Origin: Candidatus Nomurabacteria bacterium
GTDB lineage: Bacteria > Patescibacteriota > Minisyncoccia > Phycocordibacterales > UBA9973
DNA: 64,000 nt
Direction: 5' to 3'
Assembly: GCA_026395955.1 (NCBI GenBank)
Contig: JAPLXR010000007.1
Location: 1,957 to 65,956 of the forward strand
Shown here: piece after piece, positions 56,874 to 64,000 of the stretch
How the letters are laid out: each line of letters begins with the position of its first letter
Position numbering within the stretch: the stretch's first letter is position 1
Position numbers and translations under genes: made by a program
The notes under the pieces: model-generated
Databases searched by the model: none
What the model saw: the letters and a program-made list of their open reading frames with translations, nothing else
Told to the model about the DNA's origin: nothing

Positions 56874-57431
56874 TTATTTACCTCCTAGCCTTTTTAAGGC
56901 TTCTTTTATCTTTGTATTAGTATCGACAGCTGTGACATTTTTCAATGCATCACGAGCTTCATTTTGAGAATAGCCGAGAGATTTGAGTGCTTCGAGAGCG
57001 TCCATTTCTTCTTTTAATGTTCCACCTTCTTCTCCTTTAAATTTATCACGAAGTTCAATGACTATTTTTTCAGCAGTTTTTCTACCAATACCAGAAATTT
57101 TTGTGAGGTATGAAATATCATTTGTTCCGATTGCTTGGCGAAGTGTATCTATTGAAGCAATAGATAATATTCCGAGTGCTGACTTTGGTCCTATTCCTGA
57201 AACACTAATAAGCATTTCAAAAAATTCCAATTCACTCCTTTCAAGGAAGCCGTATAAGTCTAGTGCATCTTCGCGTACTATTGTATGAGTCCAAATGAAT
57301 ATATCAGTATTATTTTTGATTTTCATCATAGAATACAGTGGAATACTGATTTTATAACCAACCCCGTTTGTTTCCACGATGATGAATTTGTCTGTTTTTA
57401 GTATTGTTTTCCCTTTTATGCTTCCGATCAT
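56874..57431 (-). CDS. ruvA: Holliday junction DNA helicase RuvA
   Basis: MIGSIKGK start, OB domain, two HhH motifs (GIGPKSALGIL, GIGRKTAEKI). Confidence 0.9.
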   Translation of the reverse strand: MIGSIKGKTILKTDKFIIVETNGVGYKISIPLYSMMKIKNNTDIFIWTHTIVREDALDLYGFLERSELEFFEMLISVSGIGPKSALGILSIASIDTLRQAIGTNDISYLTKISGIGRKTAEKIVIELRDKFKGEEGGTLKEEMDALEALKSLGYSQNEARDALKNVTAVDTNTKIKEALKRLGGK

Positions 57432-57486
57432 GTGCTAAGTATAACATATTTGCGTTTTTTCTATATTTCTGTTATGTTATACGTAT

Positions 57487-57738
57487 ATGCCAATAACAAA
57501 ATCAGCTGAAAAAGCAATGCGTGGATCACTTCGAAAGAAGGGTATTAATGATCGTCGCAAAAGAGCTATGAAAGAAATAGTGAAAACTATGGATAAAGTA
57601 GTAAAAACTGATAAAAAAGGAGCATCAGAAATGCTCTCAAAAGCCTACCAAGCAATCGATAAGGCTGCTAAAAGAGGTGTTATCAAGAAAAATACTGCTG
57701 CTCGTAAAAAAGCTCGTCTTTCAAGACTCGTAAAATAA
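57487..57738 (+). CDS. rpsT: 30S ribosomal protein S20
   Basis: 83-aa basic protein MPITKSAEKAMRGSLRKK... Confidence 0.9.
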   Translation: MPITKSAEKAMRGSLRKKGINDRRKRAMKEIVKTMDKVVKTDKKGASEMLSKAYQAIDKAAKRGVIKKNTAARKKARLSRLVK

Positions 57739-57740
57739 AA

Positions 57741-57836
57741 AAACTCTTGTATTCCAGGTACGAAAATTTTTTGCTAAAAATTTTCTGAAGTTTCTCAGCC
57801 GTCGCTGAGAAAACCCCTTACATACAAGAGTTTTCT
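57741..57836 (+). terminator. Nested hairpin element downstream of rpsT (12-bp outer stem enclosing a 7-bp GC hairpin)
   Basis: aaactcttgtat ... atacaagagttt; inner tctcagc-cgtc-gctgaga; followed by TTTTCTTATTTTT. Confidence 0.5.
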
Positions 57837-57867
57837 TATTTTTATTTATTTACTGTATAATATATTT

Positions 57868-58149
57868 ATGAATCATTTATTAGAATTTTATGGAACTGAA
57901 TGTCCACACTGCATAGTTATGCATGATTTGGTGGAAAGATTAGAAAAAGAAGAAGGAATAAAAGTCGATATTTTTGAGGTTTGGCATAATGAGGAAAATG
58001 CTAAGAAATTAGAAGAGCTCGATAAAGACATGTGTGGAGGTGTTCCTTTTTTCTATAACACTCAAACAAAGAAATTTATTTGTGGAGATGCTAGTTATGA
58101 AATTTTAAAAGCTTGGGCAAAAGGAGAACCATTTACTCAAGAAGAATAA
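57868..58149 (+). CDS. Small thioredoxin-fold (glutaredoxin-like) protein with CPHC active site
   Basis: 93 aa, YGTECPHC motif near the N-terminus. Confidence 0.7.
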   Translation: MNHLLEFYGTECPHCIVMHDLVERLEKEEGIKVDIFEVWHNEENAKKLEELDKDMCGGVPFFYNTQTKKFICGDASYEILKAWAKGEPFTQEE

Positions 58150-58191
58150 TTTCTCTTTCTATTTGTCGAAAAATAAGCTAGTATAGGGTTT

Positions 58192-59667
58192 ATGTCAACA
58201 GAAACTATAGTTAGATTTGATCAAGTGTCTTTTGAACACAGTGTGAACAAACCAATCCTCGAAGAGGTGTCTTTTTCTATTCGTCGTGGTTCAAAATTCA
58301 CTTTGATGGGACAAAATGGCGCAGGGAAGAGTACTATATTTTCACTTATCACCGGAGAGAAGAAACCAGAAGATGGAATTATAAATATTGTTAAAGGTGT
58401 CACTATCGCTATTTCTCGCCAGGTTATTCCTCGTGCTGACCTCGAGCTCACTGTACGAGAATTCTTCCAGAAAAGTTTTAAAGAAAAGATTTATGATATT
58501 GATGTAAAAATCGATGATGTATTAGAAGTTGTGAATTTGAAAGGTCATGAAAAAGTTCACGACAGAGTTTTGAAAACTTTCTCAGGCGGACAACAAGCAC
58601 GCCTCCTCCTCGCTTCTGCTCTTATCCAAAATCCAGATATTTTACTTCTCGATGAGCCGACAAATAATTTGGATAAAGGCGGTATCGCGCACCTCACAGA
58701 ATTTCTAAAAAATTATAAAAAGACTGTGATAGTTATTTCTCACGATGCAGAATTCTTGAATGCTTTCACTGAAGGAGTTTTTTACCTTGATGTTCATACT
58801 CGTAAAGTGGAACAATATGTCGGTAACTATTTCAACGTGGTAAAAGATATCAAAGCCAGAGTAGAAAGAGAAAATATGAAGAATGCCCAACTTCAAAAAA
58901 CTATTCAAGCAAAGAAAGACCAGGCTAATGTCTTCGCCCATAAAGGAGGACGTCTACGTCTCGTTGCTCGTCGTATGCGTGAACTGGCTGAAGATTTAGA
59001 AGAAGATATAGTGGATGTTCGTAAAGAAGACAAAGCTATTCGTCCATTTATTATTCCTGCACAGCAAGACATGATCGGAGAAATAATAAATATTTCTGCA
59101 TACACTACACTAAATCCAAAGACTCACAAAATCGTAAAACATACTGCGCATGTTTCTCTAAATAAAAATAAACATTTACTTTTGAAAGGTCCAAATGGAA
59201 TTGGAAAAAGTACATTGCTCGAAGCCCTTGCTTCAGGTAAAGCTCCAGGTGTGACTATAAAAGAGGGAACACGCGTCGGATATTATCGCCAAGATTTTTC
59301 TACTTTGAATTTCGATCATACTGTTTACGAATCTCTCGCTTCTGCGATGGCTATCGGTGGAGAAAAATTAGACGAAGAGAGAATGCGCTCTATCGCTGCT
59401 TCTTTCCAAATTACTGGAGAATTTATTCGCACAAAGATTGGAAGTCTTTCTGAGGGACAAAAAGGTCTCGTCGCTTTTGCTCGTCTCGTAATGGAAAAAC
59501 CAGGGCTACTCATCCTCGACGAGCCGACAAACCATATCAACTTCCGTCATTTGCCTGTAATTGCAAAAGCTCTCGATGAATACAAAGGCGCGATGATCCT
59601 CGTATCTCACGTGCAAGAATTCGTAGACCAAATTCGCATTGATGAAATACTTGATTTAGAAAAATAA
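58192..59667 (+). CDS. ABC-F family ATPase (tandem ABC domains, no TMD)
   Basis: Two Walker A (GQNGAGKST, GPNGIGKST), two signature motifs (LSGGQQARLLLA, LSEGQKGLVAFA), two Walker B (LLLDEPTN, LILDEPTN). Confidence 0.85.
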   Translation: MSTETIVRFDQVSFEHSVNKPILEEVSFSIRRGSKFTLMGQNGAGKSTIFSLITGEKKPEDGIINIVKGVTIAISRQVIPRADLELTVREFFQKSFKEKIYDIDVKIDDVLEVVNLKGHEKVHDRVLKTFSGGQQARLLLASALIQNPDILLLDEPTNNLDKGGIAHLTEFLKNYKKTVIVISHDAEFLNAFTEGVFYLDVHTRKVEQYVGNYFNVVKDIKARVERENMKNAQLQKTIQAKKDQANVFAHKGGRLRLVARRMRELAEDLEEDIVDVRKEDKAIRPFIIPAQQDMIGEIINISAYTTLNPKTHKIVKHTAHVSLNKNKHLLLKGPNGIGKSTLLEALASGKAPGVTIKEGTRVGYYRQDFSTLNFDHTVYESLASAMAIGGEKLDEERMRSIAASFQITGEFIRTKIGSLSEGQKGLVAFARLVMEKPGLLILDEPTNHINFRHLPVIAKALDEYKGAMILVSHVQEFVDQIRIDEILDLEK

Positions 59668-59850
59668 ATACAACCCCTAACCCCTTATCAGGGGAATAAA
59701 TGCTTATAAAACAAGCTTATTTTTATACCTTGACTTTTTATTAAAATAAGTGTATACTTATATAATAAATTTGCCCTTTGAAATTTTGGGTTTTATTGGT
59801 TACTACAGTAGGTTTAAGCCTTTTGTCGTAACCAATTAAATCTAGATTAT

Positions 59851-60513
59851 ATGAATAATAAATTTAAGTCAGTAGAACAATTAAACAATTGGCTACTTGA
59901 AAATAAAGTTTTTAGCTTTTCTTCACAACCAAAAAAGCTTAGAAAAATTTCTATTTTATTGCATTCACTTGCAGGTAGAGATTTCAATCCTGCTCATATT
60001 GTTTCCAGTTTTGCTGATAAATCAATATTTAAAGGCATTGTGTCGCACGGAATTGAAATACTTTCACGTGCAGAAGGTTACTTTGTGCAAATGATTCAAT
60101 TTGAGAAATCGGTTGAGATTATTGCACTTGGTTTTGAGTCAGTACATTATTATAAACCTTTGCGTTTAGGTAGCGTATATCATTATAAATTTGAGATATC
60201 AAATTTAAGACAAGTTAAAGGCCGTTGGGATTTTGATTGTCAGGTACGTTGCGTAGTAGGTGATAAAATTGTAGCTGAGTGGTTGTGGAAAGCTTCTTTC
60301 GTAGAACATTTGGAGTTATCGCAGGAAATGAAAAAAGTTCTCAAACCAAAAAGTTATTTTTGGAATGTTGTGAATAATTTTTTTATTAATCCTTTAAGTA
60401 ATTCTTTTTTGTTTGTGATAGGCGTAGTAGTTCTCTTGAGCCCTGTCTTTATGATTTTAGGGAACATAGGAATTCTTCCACAAAGTAGCGTTGATTTTAG
60501 TTATTGTTTTTGA
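59851..60513 (+). CDS. MaoC-like hotdog-fold dehydratase domain protein with C-terminal TM helix
   Basis: GRDFNPAHIVSSFADKSIFKGIVSHG matches the MaoC dehydratase motif; hydrophobic C-terminus. Confidence 0.55.
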   Translation: MNNKFKSVEQLNNWLLENKVFSFSSQPKKLRKISILLHSLAGRDFNPAHIVSSFADKSIFKGIVSHGIEILSRAEGYFVQMIQFEKSVEIIALGFESVHYYKPLRLGSVYHYKFEISNLRQVKGRWDFDCQVRCVVGDKIVAEWLWKASFVEHLELSQEMKKVLKPKSYFWNVVNNFFINPLSNSFLFVIGVVVLLSPVFMILGNIGILPQSSVDFSYCF

Positions 60514-60634
60514 TTATTTAAGGGCCACTATATTTTTGTAGTGGTCTTTTTTATTTTAAGACTAATTATAAAAAGTTTTTAAGTTCGGTCTTAGTATTTT
60601 GAATAAAAATAATTTTAGTCTATAATAGTTTTCT

Positions 60635-61855
60635 ATGCCAAAGAAGACTTGGTTTTTATTTTTAACTATTTTAATAGATATGATCGGTATCGGAGTTTTG
60701 ATACCTGTTATTCCACAATTACTCGGTGAACCTAATTCTCCGGCTTTTTTGCTTGCTCAAAATCAGCAACATCTCGGTTTTATTTTATTAGGATTTTTGT
60801 CTGCGATATATCCTATAGCAATGTTTTTCGCTTCACCGATACTCGGTAGTCTTTCTGACAAATACGGTCGTCGTCCAGTATTACTTATTTCTATTTTAGG
60901 GACTTCAATCGGATATTTTCTTTTTGCTTATGCAATTATGACAAAAAATATCCCGCTTCTTTTTTTCTCTAGACTAATAGATGGTCTTACAGGAGGAAAT
61001 ATAGCTACTGTTCAAGCTTCTATCACAGATCAAGTTAAACCAGAAAATCGTGCCAAAGCTTTTGGTTTGATGGGTGCTTCATTTGGTTTAGGTTTTATAC
61101 TTGGTCCATTTATTGGAGGCAAACTCGCTGACCCAAGTCTTGTTTCATGGTTTGGGGCTTCGGTACCATTTATTTTTGCTGGCTTATTGGCATTAGTAAA
61201 TCTAATTTCAATTTATTTTTTCTTTACTGAAACAAATGAACATATCGATAATACTAGAAAAATTGATTTTTTTGGATCTGTCGGTAATTTAGTAAAAGCA
61301 AAAAAACTTATAGAAATAAGACATTTACTTTTGGTCTCTTTTTTATTTAATGCTGGCTTTGCTTTCTTTACTTCTTTTTTTAATGTCTATTTAACAACAA
61401 AATTTCACTATAGTGTAGGACAAATAGGAACTTTCTTTGGTTATATTGGTGTGTGTGTAATATTTACACAGCTAGTTATAATTCGTTTAGTTTCAAAGAA
61501 ATATAGTAATATTTCTTTATTACGTTTCGCATATCCTGCTACTGGTATCGCACTACTTCTTTATTTATTACCGACACATTCTTGGTGGATTTATGTTATT
61601 GCTTTAATTTTTGCTATTCCAAATGGCTTGCAACAAGCTAATTTCTCAGCTCTCTTAACTCATAGAATTGATCCAAAACAAAGAGGAGAGATACTAGGTA
61701 TCAACGCTTCTGTGAATTCTCTAGGACAAGCTGTACCTCCACTTTTAGCAGGGTTGATCGCTGTTATTTTTGCTCCTTGGGCACCTATATTAATAGCTGG
61801 AATATTTATTATTTTAGCTGGAGTAGTTTTTAGATTTACTGAGAAGAAAGTTTAA
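60635..61855 (+). CDS. MFS transporter (12 TM, drug:H+ antiporter-like)
   Basis: 406 aa, motif A-like GSLSDKYGRRPVLL between TM2 and TM3. Confidence 0.8.
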   Translation: MPKKTWFLFLTILIDMIGIGVLIPVIPQLLGEPNSPAFLLAQNQQHLGFILLGFLSAIYPIAMFFASPILGSLSDKYGRRPVLLISILGTSIGYFLFAYAIMTKNIPLLFFSRLIDGLTGGNIATVQASITDQVKPENRAKAFGLMGASFGLGFILGPFIGGKLADPSLVSWFGASVPFIFAGLLALVNLISIYFFFTETNEHIDNTRKIDFFGSVGNLVKAKKLIEIRHLLLVSFLFNAGFAFFTSFFNVYLTTKFHYSVGQIGTFFGYIGVCVIFTQLVIIRLVSKKYSNISLLRFAYPATGIALLLYLLPTHSWWIYVIALIFAIPNGLQQANFSALLTHRIDPKQRGEILGINASVNSLGQAVPPLLAGLIAVIFAPWAPILIAGIFIILAGVVFRFTEKKV

Positions 61856-61856
61856 T

Positions 61857-62558
61857 TTATTTTAAAACTAATTCTAAAAAGTTTTTGAGTTCAGGACCTT
61901 CGATTTTACGAACTTCGTTGTCGCGGATAGATCCTAGACGGATGTTCATAATACGGACGCGTTTGAGATCTGCAACTTCTTGAAACAAAGCACTACACAT
62001 TCTACGAATTTGGTGTTTCTTGCCTTCTGTTAGAGTAATACGGAAAGTATTTTCATCGATTATTTTTACAATACATTTTTTAGTTTTATAATCATCGATA
62101 TTTACACCAGCTTCCATTTTAGCTTTGAAGCTCGTTCGCAATTTATTTAAAGTTTTAACGACGTATTCTTTTTCGTGTATATATTTTGGATTTAAAAGTT
62201 TATCAGTTATTCTGCCGTCATTGGTAAGGATGATGAGCCCATGACTTGCTTTGTCGAGTCTGCCGATAGGGAAGACATCACTCGGTAAATTCTTGCCCTT
62301 GATTTTTTCTTTGATATCTACTTCTTCGTCCGATGGTGAGTGGGTTATAGTACCGATAGGTTTGTTGTAAGCATAATACACATAAGATTTTGAAATCTCT
62401 TTTTTATCTCCTTTGAGTTCGACTTTGTCGGTTTCTTCTACTTGGTCACCGAGTTTAGCTTTCTTGCCATTAATAAAAACCAAACCTTTTTCTATGAGTC
62501 CGTCTGCTCCTCTTCTAGTTGAGAAGTTATGTAATGCTAGGTATTTGTTTATTCTCAT
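61857..62558 (-). CDS. RsuA/RluB-family rRNA pseudouridine synthase
   Basis: S4 domain (MRINKYLALHNFSTRR) and catalytic motif PIGRLDKASHGLIILTNDG; start taken at Met 62558 rather than 62600. Confidence 0.8.
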   Translation of the reverse strand: MRINKYLALHNFSTRRGADGLIEKGLVFINGKKAKLGDQVEETDKVELKGDKKEISKSYVYYAYNKPIGTITHSPSDEEVDIKEKIKGKNLPSDVFPIGRLDKASHGLIILTNDGRITDKLLNPKYIHEKEYVVKTLNKLRTSFKAKMEAGVNIDDYKTKKCIVKIIDENTFRITLTEGKKHQIRRMCSALFQEVADLKRVRIMNIRLGSIRDNEVRKIEGPELKNFLELVLK

Positions 62559-62559
62559 G

Positions 62560-62631
62560 TGCTCTCGGTAGGAATCGAACCTACATCGCAACTTCCGCAA
62601 AGTTGCGTCCTATCCATTGAACGACGAGAGC
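62560..62631 (-). tRNA. tRNA-Arg (anticodon GCG), no encoded CCA
   Basis: Reverse-strand cloverleaf GCTCTCG-TC-GTTCAATGGATAGGAC-G-CAACT-TTGCGGA-AGTTG-CGAT-GTAGG-TTCGATT-CCTAC-CGAGAGC-A. Confidence 0.75.
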
Positions 62632-62683
62632 AATATTGTTAGATTAACAGTTTTCTTCAAAAAAGTCCAAATTTTAGTTAAAT

Positions 62684-63139
62684 TTAAAGGTCGAGTCTTT
62701 CTACTATTTTTTCTGAATAATGTTCCTTCATTTCTTCTTCTGGAACATTATTTTCAATAAAAAACTCTTTTACATTTTCAGGATAGACATTGTCTAGATA
62801 AGTCACTATTACTGGCAAAAAAATTCTCTTTGTTTTTATAAATAATGCTGGAGTATGTTCTGTTCTTACAAAGAAAGATTGTATATCTTTGTAAAGATAC
62901 ATTTTGTCTTTTATTTTTAAACCTTTATCACTTAGTTCGTGTGTTATTAGTTGTGGTTTTCTAACTGCGAAAAATCCGAGAGACACACCTCCTAGCACTA
63001 ATAATATTGCAAAAAAAGCATCACCTAAAATTATAGCAGTTATACTACCAGCTACGACGATAATACCGAGAGCCCAAAACCAATCTGGACTTCTTTTTTT
63101 TTCTTCATACTCAAAAGCAGACCAAGAAATATTATTCAT
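62684..63139 (-). CDS. Hypothetical membrane protein (151 aa, two TM helices)
   Basis: ORF with N-terminal hydrophobic pair. Confidence 0.5.
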   Translation of the reverse strand: MNNISWSAFEYEEKKRSPDWFWALGIIVVAGSITAIILGDAFFAILLVLGGVSLGFFAVRKPQLITHELSDKGLKIKDKMYLYKDIQSFFVRTEHTPALFIKTKRIFLPVIVTYLDNVYPENVKEFFIENNVPEEEMKEHYSEKIVERLDL

Positions 63140-63175
63140 ATTTTAATTGTATCAAATGAAACAATAAAACAAAAG

Positions 63176-63204
63176 AAAAATCCCCTATCAATAGGGGATT
63201 TTTC
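63176..63204. terminator. Intrinsic terminator downstream of tRNA-Ser (minus) / bidirectional
   Basis: aaaaaTCCCCTAtcaaTAGGGGAttttt. Confidence 0.7.
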
Positions 63205-63208
63205 TTTT

Positions 63209-63298
63209 TGGCGGAGGCGGTGAGATTCGAACTCACGGACCCCGTAAAGAGTCTCTTGTTTTCAAGACAAGTGCCTTCAACCACTCAGCCACGCCTCC
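63209..63298 (-). tRNA. tRNA-Ser (anticodon TGA), class II with long variable arm, CCA encoded
   Basis: Reverse strand GGAGGCG-TG-GCTGAGTGGTTGAAGGC-A-CTTGT-CTTGAAA-ACAAG-[AGACTCTTTACGGGGTCC]-GTGAG-TTCGAAT-CTCAC-CGCCTCC-G-CCA. Confidence 0.9.
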
Positions 63299-63339
63299 AC
63301 AAGAGAGTTTACTTCATTTTGCTTTTTTTCTCAAGTTTT

Positions 63340-63573
63340 CTACTTTATTTTAAGTCCACTTTTGAAAGCACTTTTTACATCACTCCAATTCTTTTTTGAA
63401 ACATGAAATATATAGATCATGTCTAAAATTCCAACAGTATTTAAAACCACTAGAGCTATAAACCATTTCTTGTTGTTATTTTTTGCTGCTGTCCATGTAG
63501 AGTAGCATTTCCAAAAAATACTCCAAACTAAAACTATCATAAATAATATATTTGTGTTGATATCTGTATTCAT
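63340..63573 (-). CDS. Small membrane protein (77 aa)
   Basis: Two hydrophobic helices; function unknown. Confidence 0.4.
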   Translation of the reverse strand: MNTDINTNILFMIVLVWSIFWKCYSTWTAAKNNNKKWFIALVVLNTVGILDMIYIFHVSKKNWSDVKSAFKSGLKIK

Positions 63574-63618
63574 ATCTTGATAATATCAGGAAAATGTTTT
63601 TTATGCTAATATACGGAT

Positions 63619-64000
63619 ATGAGATTTTTAAGTATAGATTTTGGTATGAAAAGGATAGGCATAGCTATTTCAGACGAGGGTGGAACATTGGCTTTTCCTA
63701 AAGAGATTATTTTGAACACCAAGGACAATAAGGTTTTAGATCGGATTGGTGAGATTATAAAAATAGAAAATGTTTCAGAAATAGTTATCGGTGAGTCTGT
63801 AGATTTTTCTGGAAGATTAAATATGCTAATGTCTCATATAGAACTTTTTATTACAGATTTAGAAAATGCTTTTCATTTACCTGTACATAGACAAAAAGAA
63901 TTTTTAACTTCTGTCGAAGCTCGGAGATCAAAAACTGGTAAAAAAGATATGAGCCCTTCTCAAGCACACAGTAAATTAAAAGATACAAAAGCAGGTAGGG
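63619..64000 (+). CDS. yqgF: YqgF/RuvX-like putative pre-16S rRNA nuclease (partial, continues past window end)
   Basis: MRFLSIDFGMKRIGIAISDEGGTLAFP N-terminus typical of RuvC-like YqgF. Confidence 0.75.
   Translation, partial: MRFLSIDFGMKRIGIAISDEGGTLAFPKEIILNTKDNKVLDRIGEIIKIENVSEIVIGESVDFSGRLNMLMSHIELFITDLENAFHLPVHRQKEFLTSVEARRSKTGKKDMSPSQAHSKLKDTKAGR

Noticed and set aside
1-64000. CRISPR array or cas genes
   Set aside because: No regularly spaced short direct repeats or Cas-like ORFs were seen anywhere in the window.

Overview
This 64-kb window comes from a low-GC, AT-rich bacterial chromosome. It has the gene content and style of a Candidate Phyla Radiation (Patescibacteria/Parcubacteria-like) genome: short YidC, DUF721/DciA-like ORF after dnaN, giant low-complexity proteins, an isolated PilB/GspE ATPase and a TrmB-like regulator. 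Most of the window is core information-processing genes: pnp, comM, a UvrD/PcrA helicase, rsmA, tyrS, PBP1A, ruvC-yebC-ruvB, ruvA, mutM/fpg, polA, tsaE, rpsT, an ABC-F ATPase, and tRNA-Lys, tRNA-Arg and tRNA-Ser. The canonical replication-origin neighbourhood is present: rpmH-rnpA-yidD-yidC-jag on the minus strand, then dnaA-dnaN on the plus strand, with clear DnaA boxes. The main hunt result is an ~18-kb plus-strand island (17.5-35.4 kb) lying directly against the origin-side jag/yidC cluster. The island is made of secreted or membrane proteins plus a minimal type IV secretion-like module. The module has a VirB6/TrbL-like polytopic protein, a PrgI/VirB3-like protein, a VirB4-family ATPase split into two ORFs, and a TM plus NlpC/P60 hydrolase. 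No VirD4 coupling protein or relaxase is present in the window. Other observations worth a second look are a GC-rich palindromic, G-quadruplex-capable repeat family (three copies); a 1435-aa protein with a DHH-like phosphoesterase motif and a glycine-zipper membrane segment; a secreted protein with a Tyr/Gly/His-rich tail behind a structured leader; and an ORF-free ~460-bp region with its own promoter and terminator (candidate ncRNA). All calls were made by eye from the sequence and the supplied ORF translations; no searches were run.
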